Assembly: GCA_965261735.1 (NCBI GenBank)
Contig: OZ253470.1
Span: forward strand, 256,001 to 320,000
Reading direction: 5' to 3'
Source of the DNA: Alphaproteobacteria bacterium
GTDB taxonomy: Bacteria; Pseudomonadota; Alphaproteobacteria; SHVV01
DNA length: 64,000 nt
The notes below the pieces were generated by a model. The model was not told where the DNA came from and did not search any database. It saw only the letters and a program-made list of their open reading frames with translations. Each line of letters opens with the position of its first letter. The stretch's first letter is position 1. Positions 29,520 through 39,900 of this stretch are shown in pieces. A program made the translations under genes and the position numbers.

Positions 29520-29690
29520 GCCCGGTGTGACCGCCTCGGCGTGATCAGTCGAAGGCTCTCGAACCAGCGCTGCACGTCGGCGCGGGCGATATCGGCGGAG
29601 CGCATGTCGCCGAATGAAGGGGAGGACGTAACGGCGCAGCAAGCGGCAGTTGCCCGGCGGCACTGTTCGCTGCGTCGGCAATGTCTCGCC
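29520..29690 (-). pseudogene. Remnant of a tyrosine integrase core-binding region
   Basis: Frameshifted pieces LLRRYVLP + SFGDMRSADIARADVQRWFESLR resemble the P4-like integrase 'ILP.FG...I.DI.R.DV..W' segment. Confidence 0.55.
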
Positions 29691-29691
29691 G

Positions 29692-30408
29692 TCAATGCCT
29701 GTGAACGTCGAACGAGCACTGCACCACCCGGTTCGTTTTCGTCGCTTGCCTGGCACAATCAGCTACCTGGTTGCCGTAGTTATCCCAGATATAGCCGCGC
29801 CACCCTCCGGTCGGATCGTCGAGGGGGATGATCGTGAACTGTTGTTCGGCCAGTACGCCGAGCAGGAAGAAGGCCGGCACGGCCACGGCCAGCGCGAGCC
29901 CCGGCCACGTCCAGCGGTGCCGCCGTTCATGGCTGGCCGCGCGGCGTAAATCCGCCGTGTAGTCCACGATTGCCTCCTCAAGGCGGTCCGCCACCGCCTG
30001 GGCTTCCTGTTGCCGCGCACCGGCAGCCGATAGTCCCTTGAGGAGTGATCGGGTTTCATCGGCGTGCGCCGTCAGTTTCCGCGTGATCTCCAGGAGTTTG
30101 CGGGTACCGGCGTTCAACCGGGCTCCGTCATCCTTCTCCTCCTGTGCCCTCTGCGTAGAAAGACGCTGCACCAGACCGAACACATCCTTGAGCGTTGGAT
30201 TTTCAACGGCTGCATCGGTTTCCTGTCTACCTCCGGCCTCGGGCGCCGTTTCAACGCTCCGTTCCACCGGGACAGTTTTATCCGGCTCGCCGCGATCCTC
30301 TTCGATTGGCGGAATATCGAACCCCGGCTGGTCCGCAGGCGCCGCCGTCCCGGGCGCCTCGTCCACTCCCCTCGCGGTGTTTTCCAATAACTCGTGTTGT
30401 TCCGTCAT
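29692..30408 (-). CDS. Hypothetical membrane-anchored protein, last gene of the transfer operon
   Basis: ATGA overlap with the T4CP stop; coiled coil, one TM segment, C-terminal DPTGGWRGYIW..C..C domain. Confidence 0.7.
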   Translation of the reverse strand: MTEQHELLENTARGVDEAPGTAAPADQPGFDIPPIEEDRGEPDKTVPVERSVETAPEAGGRQETDAAVENPTLKDVFGLVQRLSTQRAQEEKDDGARLNAGTRKLLEITRKLTAHADETRSLLKGLSAAGARQQEAQAVADRLEEAIVDYTADLRRAASHERRHRWTWPGLALAVAVPAFFLLGVLAEQQFTIIPLDDPTGGWRGYIWDNYGNQVADCARQATKTNRVVQCSFDVHRH

Positions 30409-32384
30409 GATGTTTTTTCTCCAAACGCCAGTTTGAATCGTGGCCACGCCCTTGGTTCACCGGAATCCGCGGCGCTGTCCTTGCGGATGACGAACGGGTT
30501 GGGATCGGCGAGATCGCGCGAGTCCTCCCGCCGCCAGTAGCGGGCGTGATGGAGATGCAGCGCGTCGCGCGGCATGTCCTTGGGCGAGGCGATGACGTAT
30601 TGGCGGTCGGGGCCAAGGGTCATGAGCTCGTCGGGAGTAATCAGCCGTTCTCGCACCAGGGCGCGGGAATCCCCGGCCTGCCATTGCGTGTTGGCAGTGA
30701 CGATACGGTTCTCGGCGATGGTGCCGGAACGGTTCTCGGTCCGGGCCTCGAAGGTGGCGGTGCCGATGGCCTTGGAGAGTTCCTCCGCGCCCTCGGCGTC
30801 GGTGCGCGGGAAGCCCAGGATCTGGACCAGTTCGGCCAGATGCAAGAGGGTCTTGCGGTGCTCCTTGCCCCAGGTCGAATCGAGGGCCGAGATCGACTGG
30901 GCGAAGCACCAGAAGTGGACGCCCTTGCCGGCGGCCATGGTGTAGCCGTCCATGACCGGCTTGAGATAGCCAAGCCGTGGCATCTCGTCGATGACGATAA
31001 GAAGATCGCGCTCAAGCGGTTTGATACCGGCGACGGCGTTGGGGATGGCGACCCACAGGCGAAGCCAGCCCTTGACGTGCTCGATGGTCTCCTCCGGGGC
31101 GACCACGAAGAGGTCGGTCTTGCCGCCTGCCAGGATCAGGGGGTCGAAACTGGACTCTTGGGTGTGAGCGAGCAGTTCGGGGTAATTCAGGAAGGCGAGC
31201 TGGTTGGCGATGGTGGTGAAGTTGCTCCCGCCCTCTTCCTTGCCGACCTGAGCCTGCCGCTGGACCGCGATATGGGTGAGCCCGCCGGCAAAGGGCTTCT
31301 TGGACCTGACATGTTTCGCAAAGGCCTCCCTCTGCTTCGGCAGCATCGATAGCATTTGATAAAGGGTGGCGAGGGTGCGTTTCCGTTTCGGTTCGCGAAA
31401 ACGCACCCAGGCCATATAGCCCGCGACGATGGCGCGGGCGGATTCGTAGAAATGGCGGCTGCTTTCGTGCGAACCCGGGCGCGGCGGTGTGAGCAGGGCG
31501 TCCAAGAGGACATTGATGTCGCGCACGGCAGCACTTTCATCTTTGCGAATGAAGTCGAGAGGGTTGTAGAACGCGCTTCTGACATTCGGCAGGTGGGTTT
31601 TTTCCTCGAACTGCTCCTTGTGCTGGGCCACCACCCCGAAGGGATCGATCAACAATGCCCGGCGGCCCAGTTCGCGCCTGCGCCGGGCAGCGATGCACCA
31701 GAGCTCGCCGCGCGGGTCTATGGTGACCGTGGAGCCCTGAAACCCCCGGTAATCGGGCGACAGCAGGTTAAGGGCGATGAGGGCGCCCTTGCCGACGCGG
31801 GGCGGCGCCACGGTGATGGCGGAGCCTTCCAGGGACCAGCCGATCAACTTGGCGTTGCGGCCGGCGCCCCACTGGCCGAGCAGGATGCCCCGGCGTTTGG
31901 CGAGGCGGCGCAGAAACCTTCTGCCGAGCAACTTCGACCTGCCGTAGAGATCGGACTCGGCACGCTGCCGCCGGTTATCGCCCGAGAGATGTTTGATGCT
32001 GTCGATCAGGACTTCGAACCACAGCATGAAGGTAATCGCGAAACCCACCGGCGCCACGGCGACCGATGCCAACTCATAACCGCCAAGCTGCGTTACCCAT
32101 CCGGCGAAACCCCTGAAGGAAGTTACCCCGAGCACGGGCCGGAGGATCTCCATCCAGATCGACGCGGCGCAGATCATCATTGCGGCCCCGTACAGCCCGA
32201 AGCGGACCCAGGCGCCCTTCTCCTTGCGGCCGGTGGCAAAGTAGGCCAGCAGCACAAGAGCAAGAACGATGCCGAGTACGGCGATGCAGACATCGGCGCG
32301 GCGGAGGTTATTTACCAGAAACGCCGACCAGCCCACGCCGCCGGCGAGCAGCAGGACAGAGATGTAAACGGGTACGAATCGCAT
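30405..32384 (-). CDS. virD4: Type IV coupling protein, VirD4/TraG family
   Basis: N-terminal TM helices, SDLYGRSK, Walker A APPRVGKG, IDPRGEL, IDPFG, YNPLDFI, Walker B VIDEMPRLG, FAQSISAL, RLITPDEL. Confidence 0.9.
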   Translation of the reverse strand: MRFVPVYISVLLLAGGVGWSAFLVNNLRRADVCIAVLGIVLALVLLAYFATGRKEKGAWVRFGLYGAAMMICAASIWMEILRPVLGVTSFRGFAGWVTQLGGYELASVAVAPVGFAITFMLWFEVLIDSIKHLSGDNRRQRAESDLYGRSKLLGRRFLRRLAKRRGILLGQWGAGRNAKLIGWSLEGSAITVAPPRVGKGALIALNLLSPDYRGFQGSTVTIDPRGELWCIAARRRRELGRRALLIDPFGVVAQHKEQFEEKTHLPNVRSAFYNPLDFIRKDESAAVRDINVLLDALLTPPRPGSHESSRHFYESARAIVAGYMAWVRFREPKRKRTLATLYQMLSMLPKQREAFAKHVRSKKPFAGGLTHIAVQRQAQVGKEEGGSNFTTIANQLAFLNYPELLAHTQESSFDPLILAGGKTDLFVVAPEETIEHVKGWLRLWVAIPNAVAGIKPLERDLLIVIDEMPRLGYLKPVMDGYTMAAGKGVHFWCFAQSISALDSTWGKEHRKTLLHLAELVQILGFPRTDAEGAEELSKAIGTATFEARTENRSGTIAENRIVTANTQWQAGDSRALVRERLITPDELMTLGPDRQYVIASPKDMPRDALHLHHARYWRREDSRDLADPNPFVIRKDSAADSGEPRAWPRFKLAFGEKTS

Positions 32385-32502
32385 TGGTTTCAAGCTCCTT
32401 GGTTGTTTGCAGGCGTTATTCCAGACCGATCCGGACAGCGTTCGTCGAAGCCTCCGCCCCGGCATCGCCTGCCATGTGTATTGCTGGGTTTTTCGGTGTG
32501 AA

Positions 32503-34815
32503 TCATCCCCCGCTCCCGGCAATGCCGCCGCCGCGCCGCGGCCCCGCGCCGATCCGCAAACCGCCGACCCGCGAGATGGCGCCGATGGCAGCGCCGCCGA
32601 CCCGCTCGCCGCCCTCGTCGCCCGTACCGCCACGCCCGCCGATCCAATCGAGGACGGCCGAGGGCAGCAGGTCGATGAGCTTGAACGAGGCGTTCATCAG
32701 GCCGTAGGCGATCATCACGTAGAGGGTGAGCATGGCGAGGAAGCCGATGGGGCCGAGCCCGCCGGAAGAGCCCGCGTCGCGCATCTGCGGCAACCAGACC
32801 TCGTTGAAGAGGCCGATCCCGGCCAGGAACACGAAATACCCCACGATCAGGCCGAACAGCATCAGCGGCGGACGCAGGATCAGCCCGGGCAGGAACAGCC
32901 AGCCCAGGCGGGTGGCCTGTGTCGCGAGCCGGTTGCCGTCGCCGCGCGTCACATGGGCGGCGGCAAACACGGTGACGGCCAGCACCGCGACGACGACGGT
33001 GACGATCCAGCCGAGAATGGCGAACAGGAAGCGGATGAAGGGTAGCGCCGGCAGCAGGTAGGCAAGCACCGCGCCGGCGATCAGCAGGAGCCCGAGCACG
33101 GTAGAGACGAAGCCGTCGGCGACCTGCCAGACGGATTCGAACATGTCGAGGCCCTTGCCGACGAATGGCACGGATTCGAGCAGCCCCGATCCGGCGGCCG
33201 CGCCCATCAATGCCGTCATGGCAGCGAGCGCCGCGTTCATCAGGCCGTGGCCGAGGGAAGCGAGATCGGCAATGGGATTGCCGCTGTCGGCGACGATCAC
33301 GCTGTCGAGGTCGATGAATTCCATGAGACCCGCCGCCATGGCGCCGCCACCGCCCGGCGCGGGCAACGCGGCGGCACCCCCGGCGGCAGAGGAGAACAGC
33401 ATGGGCTGGTAGCCGCGCGACTGGACCAAGGCAGTCGTCAGCCCCTTGACAGCGGCATCGGCGGCGGGCGCCCATTGCCCCAGGCTCGGCGGCGGCAGGC
33501 TGACGCCCGGAATGTTGTGGGCGGCGGCCTGGAACAGGCCGGTGCGGTGGGCGATGGTGTTGAAGAAGCTCGCGGCCGACATCCAGCTTGCCGCCTTGGC
33601 ATCCTCAGCGACCACACGGGCAAGCTCCGCGCGTTCCTCGGAAGCGGCACGCGCAAGCGCCGCATCGAGCACGCCCGCATAACGCTCGGCAAGGTCCCGG
33701 TCCTCAAGCAGCGCATCGAGATCGGGCAAGGGCCGGCCGTAGGCAGGCGATCCGGTCACATAGTGGGCGGCGAGATCGGCCGCGATGGCGCGGATTTCCG
33801 GCAGCAGTCCGGCCAGCGCGTCGCGATGGCCCTCGGCGGCGATGCCGCGTGCGCCCTCGGCCGCGAGCCCGGCGAAGCGGATCGCGCCGCACAGATTGCC
33901 CGGCATGCCGCGCCCGGCGCCGTCGTAATGCAGGATCCTCGCCCCGATGCGCCGGACCCGGGTGGTGCCAGGGCTCTTGTAGGCCTCGTCGGACTCTCGG
34001 AGTTCTATATACGGTGCATCCCCTGCGCGGGCGGCACTGCCATTGGCGGCATACCGGCAGGTCTCCAGGATCAGTGTTCGGGAGATGGCGGCGCGCCAGA
34101 CGGCCTCGCGGGGCCGGGGCGCGATGGGTTCGCCTTCGCCGAGCGCCTCCTCCGAGAACGGCTCCCACACCGCATTGGCGAAATCGCCGCCGAGGTGGGC
34201 GAGGCCGATCACGGCGTGCTGGGCGCCGTTCATGCCGCCCGGCAGCGGCGCCATCAGGGCGACGGCGGCAACGATGCGCACGATCTCCCAGGCGCCGAAG
34301 CCGAACAGGCCCTCGCGGGCGGTATCGAGGGTGCCAGCCACCGTGTGCCAGACCAGCAGGAACCCCGCCAGCGCCAGCACACCGCCGTTGAAGACGAACA
34401 GCATGTCGCCGAGCACGGAGCTACGGCCCGCGCCGATATCGCCGAGGAAGGCCAGCACGTCCCGTGTCGCACGGTCGGCGTCGGCAAACAGGCCCCGGTC
34501 GATGGTCTGTGCCGCTGCCGGTTCGGCCGCCAACAGGCCCGCGATACCTATGCCGATAAATGCGGCACCGGCGAGCAGGACCAGAAGGCCGATACAGGAA
34601 AGGGCACGCTTCTTCGTCAACCACAGCCTGTTTGCCTTTTGCGTGTTGGCTTCCGGGTCCCCTTTCCTTGTCTCATGCGCCACTTTCGGTGGAGCATTGG
34701 CCGGCACCGGGAGCCGAAACGGCCGCATCCTCTGAACCAACCCGGCCGAAGACCGCGCCGCATCCGTGAGGGAGCGGGTCAATTCCGGGGCGAACAGGAA
34801 GCGGAGCGCGCCCAT
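32503..34815 (-). CDS. dotA: DotA/TraY family integral membrane protein
   Basis: VFNGGVLALA..TAREG..FG.WEIVRIV...LMAPLPGG.NGAQ, WMSAASFFNTIA, NPIADLASLGH, LAYLLPALPFIRF, LILRPPLMLFG, LIDLLPSAVLDWIGG. Confidence 0.88.
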   Translation of the reverse strand: MGALRFLFAPELTRSLTDAARSSAGLVQRMRPFRLPVPANAPPKVAHETRKGDPEANTQKANRLWLTKKRALSCIGLLVLLAGAAFIGIGIAGLLAAEPAAAQTIDRGLFADADRATRDVLAFLGDIGAGRSSVLGDMLFVFNGGVLALAGFLLVWHTVAGTLDTAREGLFGFGAWEIVRIVAAVALMAPLPGGMNGAQHAVIGLAHLGGDFANAVWEPFSEEALGEGEPIAPRPREAVWRAAISRTLILETCRYAANGSAARAGDAPYIELRESDEAYKSPGTTRVRRIGARILHYDGAGRGMPGNLCGAIRFAGLAAEGARGIAAEGHRDALAGLLPEIRAIAADLAAHYVTGSPAYGRPLPDLDALLEDRDLAERYAGVLDAALARAASEERAELARVVAEDAKAASWMSAASFFNTIAHRTGLFQAAAHNIPGVSLPPPSLGQWAPAADAAVKGLTTALVQSRGYQPMLFSSAAGGAAALPAPGGGGAMAAGLMEFIDLDSVIVADSGNPIADLASLGHGLMNAALAAMTALMGAAAGSGLLESVPFVGKGLDMFESVWQVADGFVSTVLGLLLIAGAVLAYLLPALPFIRFLFAILGWIVTVVVAVLAVTVFAAAHVTRGDGNRLATQATRLGWLFLPGLILRPPLMLFGLIVGYFVFLAGIGLFNEVWLPQMRDAGSSGGLGPIGFLAMLTLYVMIAYGLMNASFKLIDLLPSAVLDWIGGRGGTGDEGGERVGGAAIGAISRVGGLRIGAGPRRGGGIAGSGG

Positions 34816-34820
34816 GGCGG

Positions 34821-35972
34821 TCAGTTCGCTCCAGCGGCCGGGTTGGCGAGGCCGGGCAGAAGCCGCATGCGCTCAGTGGCCAACGCTAGCCCAGTGGCGT
34901 CGATAGCGCCGCGCCGTTCGTCGAGGCGGTAACGGCGCCAGTCGAGCATCAGCGATACCGCTTGCAGGATGACCATCTCGCGCAGCAGGTTCTCCTGGCT
35001 CATCGCTTGCAGATCGACGAACCAGCCGGGGTTCTCGAACCGGCGGCTGGCGAGCAGTTCCAGAAGCTCATAGCGGCTGACCGGGGTTGCCGCATCGCGT
35101 CCCGGCGCGGCCTGGGCGGCCCAGGCCCCAAGCGCGGCGCCCGGTGCGCGCAATGCGCGGGCATGGGCGAAGTAGTCTCCGGCCAACGCGGCGCGGGCGT
35201 CGGCCGAGCGTGCAAGCAGGACGCGGCGGCGCTCCTGATCGGTCTCGGCGGAGGCCAGCGCCGGCGGATCGTGGACCACGGGGACGGCGAGATTGCGCGA
35301 CAGCTCGACCGCCGTACGCAGTTCCGCTTCGTTCGCGAAGGTGCGCCGGTCGAGCAGATTACCGGCCTTCAGGTCGGCGGCGTGGAGCGCATCAGCGCCC
35401 CGGCAGAGCGCGGCATCCTCCCCGGCGCGCGGACCGTTGCAATAGGTGCTCGTAAGGCTCTCGAAGCGGGCCGCGTTGCCGGCCGCAGCGCCTGCATCGG
35501 GCACGGCGGCACGGTCGCCCGCGATACGCCCCGTCTCCGCCCCTGCCGCACGCGTATAGGCGCTTTCGGCCGCTTGCCGGGCCGCGGCAAGCCCGGCCAG
35601 GCCGGTGATCGCGGCGCAGCCGCTGTCCGTGGGCCGACGCGCGCGCATCGCCCTGGTTTCCTCAACCTCGCGGGCGATCTGCGCCTGAAGCTTGGTCTGG
35701 GTGTCGAGTGCGCCGGTCACTGCCTTGGCGCTTTGCGCCGCATAACCCGAGAGCTGGCCCGTTTGCAGGCGCAGAGCCTCGACGATTGTGGCTTCCATGA
35801 CGTCGATTTCCCGGGTGAGACCAGCGAGCACGCGGCTCGCCTCGGCCCGGTCGTTGTCGGTCGGATCGCACGGCGAATGGGCGTGCGCGGGCGGAGCCGC
35901 CAACGTCGCGGTCAACGCCGTGGCAAGGATCACGGCATGGAAGACCGTCAGGCAACGAACGGGGGCACTCAT
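34821..35972 (-). CDS. TraW/IcmX-like periplasmic transfer protein
   Basis: Signal peptide; C-terminus SRYELLELLASRRFENPGWFVDLQAMSQENLLREMV resembles IncI TraW; upstream of traY/dotA. Confidence 0.65.
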   Translation of the reverse strand: MSAPVRCLTVFHAVILATALTATLAAPPAHAHSPCDPTDNDRAEASRVLAGLTREIDVMEATIVEALRLQTGQLSGYAAQSAKAVTGALDTQTKLQAQIAREVEETRAMRARRPTDSGCAAITGLAGLAAARQAAESAYTRAAGAETGRIAGDRAAVPDAGAAAGNAARFESLTSTYCNGPRAGEDAALCRGADALHAADLKAGNLLDRRTFANEAELRTAVELSRNLAVPVVHDPPALASAETDQERRRVLLARSADARAALAGDYFAHARALRAPGAALGAWAAQAAPGRDAATPVSRYELLELLASRRFENPGWFVDLQAMSQENLLREMVILQAVSLMLDWRRYRLDERRGAIDATGLALATERMRLLPGLANPAAGAN

Positions 35973-36511
35973 TGCCCACCTCCCAGGATGCCGCGGAAGC
36001 GTTCGGCGTTGACCCTGCTATCCTGCAGGATGTTGCCGTTCCCGGCGTCGGTATCGAGCCCTGGAAGGCGGTGCAGCCCCGGCAACCGGGGCAGCCGGGA
36101 CGTATAGACCGAGGCGTCCAGCGTGCGCCCGACATAGTCGCGGTAGGTGTTCCGCGCGATCTCACAGACCCGGCGCTGTGCCAGGCCGAGGATTTCCTCA
36201 AGCGCGCGGCCGGGATCGAACAGCACGTTGAAGGCCCGGTAGTTGAACAGGTCCTCCAGGCAGGAGAAGTCGAGGATCGAGTCCGGATCGCGGATACCCT
36301 GATCGGGATTGCGGATAACGGCCAGATCCTGCTCGACGCCCCGCGCGGCGCTCCCCGCCAGCGCCTCGCGAATCCCGGGATCGCAGCCCGCTTCAAGTGC
36401 GGCAGGCGGCGGCGCCTGGGCCAGGGCCGGCAAGGCTCCGGGGACGGGGGCGAGCACCGGCGCCAGAAGCGCCAGTGCCGCGAGCACGCGGCCTACGCGC
36501 CCGCTCATCAC
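35969..36511 (-). CDS. Secreted Cys-containing hypothetical transfer protein
   Basis: Signal peptide, GCDP..DFSCL..C, ATGA-coupled on both sides. Confidence 0.7.
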   Translation of the reverse strand: MMSGRVGRVLAALALLAPVLAPVPGALPALAQAPPPAALEAGCDPGIREALAGSAARGVEQDLAVIRNPDQGIRDPDSILDFSCLEDLFNYRAFNVLFDPGRALEEILGLAQRRVCEIARNTYRDYVGRTLDASVYTSRLPRLPGLHRLPGLDTDAGNGNILQDSRVNAERFRGILGGGQ

Positions 36512-36996
36512 TGCCTCTCGGCACCGGAAGGGCCGTCCGGCGCGGCGCCATCCAGCTCTCCGGTTGGCGCGGGCGCATCGGTGATCCCGCCAGGACCCCT
36601 GTTTCCCGCTACCTCGCCCATGTCTTCCACGTTTGCCACGCGGCCGTCGTCCTGGCGCGGGGACAGCACGTTGACGAGACCTTGCGGTCCCCCGACAACG
36701 ATTTCCGTAACCCGGCGGTTGTCGCCCTTCTTGTCCTGGTATTCACGCGTGGTAATACGCCCTTCGATCAGAAGCGCGGCGCCCTTGCGGACCAGCTTTT
36801 CGACTGCCGCGACGGCAGCGCCGAACACAACGATCCGGTGCCACTCGGTGGCCTCACCCGTCCCGCCGTCCTTGCGCCGCCATTTGTCGGTGGTGGCCAA
36901 ACTGAATGTGGCGGTTTTCTCACCGCTTTTTATCGTGCGGACCTCGGCGTCGCGCCCTGCGTGGCCCAACAACGTCACCCGGTTCATGTTCAACAT
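36508..36996 (-). CDS. ssb: Second single-stranded DNA-binding protein, lacking the acidic IPF tail
   Basis: MNRVTLLGHAGRDAEVR, FSLATT, TEWHRIVVFG, KGAALLIEGRITTREY. Confidence 0.9.
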   Translation of the reverse strand: MLNMNRVTLLGHAGRDAEVRTIKSGEKTATFSLATTDKWRRKDGGTGEATEWHRIVVFGAAVAAVEKLVRKGAALLIEGRITTREYQDKKGDNRRVTEIVVGGPQGLVNVLSPRQDDGRVANVEDMGEVAGNRGPGGITDAPAPTGELDGAAPDGPSGAERQ

Positions 36997-36999
36997 CGT

Positions 37000-39900
37000 T
37001 TATTCCTCCGTTTCGGTTGGTTGGTTGGCCGGTACGGACCGGCCGGTGGAAACCGCCGCGGCCGGATCATCGCCGGCCGGCCCGAAGGCGGATTGGGTGG
37101 TTTCAGCTGTCTGGACGAGTTCGTCCGTGAGGCGATCGAGCACGTCTTCCTCGGTGGCGCCGGCACGGATACCCGCCGCCGCAAGGCGGCCAAGCTCGGC
37201 ATCGATGCGGGAACGCGCGGTACCCGTGGGGAAGGCCCGGGCCAGCACGGCCCGCGCGACGGCCGGCGCCAGTCGCGCCTGAAGACGCGACCGCAGCGCC
37301 ACATCTGCGGGACTGGTGGTCAGCGCCCACAGTTCGGCCGGTCCCGGCGTATTGACGACCAGTTGCTCGAAGCGCCCGCGCGCATCGCTGGCGATCAGCA
37401 GCGCCGGCGCGCCGTCCTTGCCGGGTCCCGGCAGGCGGTAGCGGATGGCGTCCTGGAGGGTTTCGCTTAAGGCGAATATCCCGGACAGCGCCTCGATCTC
37501 GCGGGCCTTGCCGCCTGCACCGAGGATCCAGTAGCGGTTGGCAAGCTCGGTCAGCGCGCCGCCAAAATCCTCCAGCCGCTGCGAGGCCAGGGAAAGACGC
37601 ACCCTGAGCTTGCGGGCCTCGCGCACGTCGCGCTCGACCTGGGCGCGCACGGCGGGCGCTCCAGCGGTGCGATGGAACTCATCAAACGCGAGACGCTTGG
37701 GCGCCTCGCGAATATCGCGCAGGCGGTGCGCGTGCCAAGCCCGGTAGGGCTCGGGGATATCTCGGAGTGAGTCCTCGCCGATCCACCAGTGGCGGGTCAG
37801 CGCATGGCGGGCCAGCAGGTAGAAGGCGGCGGTCTGGCGGGCCGCCTCGGGCGAGCCCTGGGGCGCCACGCCGGCGAGATCGATAGCGGCGATACGCACA
37901 TGCCCGATATCGAAGGCGGTGGGCGCGAACATGATCGGCCAGTCGCCCGAAAGCGCGGTCAAGATGCGGATGAAGGCCTGGGTCACCGTCTCACCACCGG
38001 CGCCATAGGCGGTATCGCCCACGAGCCCCTGTACGGCGGGCTCGCGCACCGCTCCCAGCAGATCGCCCAGCACCGGCACGGCGTAGAGCTGCGCCCGCGC
38101 GGCCGCTGCGTGGGCGCCGGCCTCGAACAACAGGTCGACGATCTCCCACCACAGCGGAGCCTCTGGCGGATCGATCCCGGCGGCGGCCAGCGCCGCATCG
38201 ACCACGGCATCGCGTCCCGCCGTATAGGCGTGCGGCTCGGCGCCGGCGATCTTGTCCGAACGCAGCGCATAGACCGCCGTGATCGCCGGGCCGATCAGCT
38301 CGCGCATGCCGTCGGGGACGCCGTCGGCGCCCGCCGGGGTCATCATCAGACCCAGCAGGTTGACCAGAAAGGCGCGTTCGGCGGGCAGCGGTGCGCGACA
38401 GCCGAGTTGGGTGTCGCACGGGTTGATCGCGTGTTCGGCCGTCATCCGCAGCGCGAACCAGCCAGCCTCGTGCTGGCGCTCCTGCGGTAATGCCTCGCGG
38501 ATCAACGAGATCAATCCGGCGGATGACGGCCCGATATCGATGGTCGCACTGAGTGGCAGCCGGGCCTGACCGCCCTGCAGGCAGAAGGCGAGGCCGAGAC
38601 TGTTCATCAAAACCGACTTGCCCCGCCCGGGGACGCCGTAAATCAACTCGAAACCGTAATCCTCGCCGTCCTCCCAGGCGAACGGCAGGGGCTTGCCGTC
38701 GATTGAGCGGAACAGATGCCCCGCGCCGCTGTTCGACAATGGCGCGGGCCTGCCCGCCGGCAGCAAACGCAGCGCTTCCGTAAGCGGGGCGAGCGCGGGC
38801 TCGGCGGTAGCGCCGCAACAGAACCCCGGCACCGACGCGGCGAGGCTTTCCAGGGGATCGCCGACCAACGGCGTGAACACCGTCTCGCCCCAGCCCTCGG
38901 CAAGCTGCTGCAGGCGGCTCAAGCGCCGGCGCAGCGCGTCTTCCCCGTCTTCCGGCGCAACCCAGGTCAGCAGGCCGAGGCGCAGCCGGACGATTGCATG
39001 GGCGTCGGCGCCGAGCGCGGTGAGGTCGCGCATGGCGTTGCGCACCAGCAGGCTGTCGTCGGACGAGAACGCCAGGAAGGCCGCCGCGACGTTTGTCATG
39101 GCGGAATCCAGGCCGGCAAGGCCGCCGCCCTCGATCAGCACCGAAAAGCGGCAGGGCAATCCTGCATCGGCCAGGCGCTCCATCAGTTCGGAGAACGGAC
39201 GTGCCCGGCGCGGACCGAGCGCCATGTCGAGCGCGCCGTAGAGCCGTTCGCCGATGCGGATTCCGCCCGCTGTCCGCTCGGGATCGCGGATCAGTAGTTG
39301 CGGCCCCAGCGGCGGCGGGAACGCTCCATCCTCGGGTGGCGCGGTCAGGCGCGCGGGCGCGTCGTTGGCGACTGTCACCGGACGCCAATCCGGTGCGGTC
39401 GAGTCCGAGCCGTTCAGCGACCGGCGCAGGGTGGCGCATGCGGCGTCGCTGCCAAGCACCTCGGCCATGATCCCAGCCTCGGCGAACAGCGCCGCGAGGG
39501 TATCGAGGAAGGCCTCGTGCCGGGGCGGGAGGCCATCGGGGGCCAGATACGGGCATTGCGATTCGCTCCCTTCGGGCAGCCATTCGCGGAGCCGCTTTCC
39601 CAGCCGTTTGCGGTCGCGTTTCACCTGGTCAGGGGCCAGCACCGAGGGGCGGGTCCATGCAGCGACAACGAAACTCTCGGCTGCCATCAGCGGCGCCAGG
39701 CGGCGGCCGCGTTCGGCGATCACGTCGCCCAGCGCGAGCCCGAGCCGCTCGCATTGCCGCAGCGTCTGCTCGCCCGCCGACGCGACCAGCCGGGCCGCCT
39801 CGTCCGGCGCGCGCTCGAACACCGCGTGCAGCGCGTGGCCGGGAGCGGTGAAGACGCTGTTGAGGCGGCGCGCGGCGAGTTCGACGAAGCCGTCGAGTTC

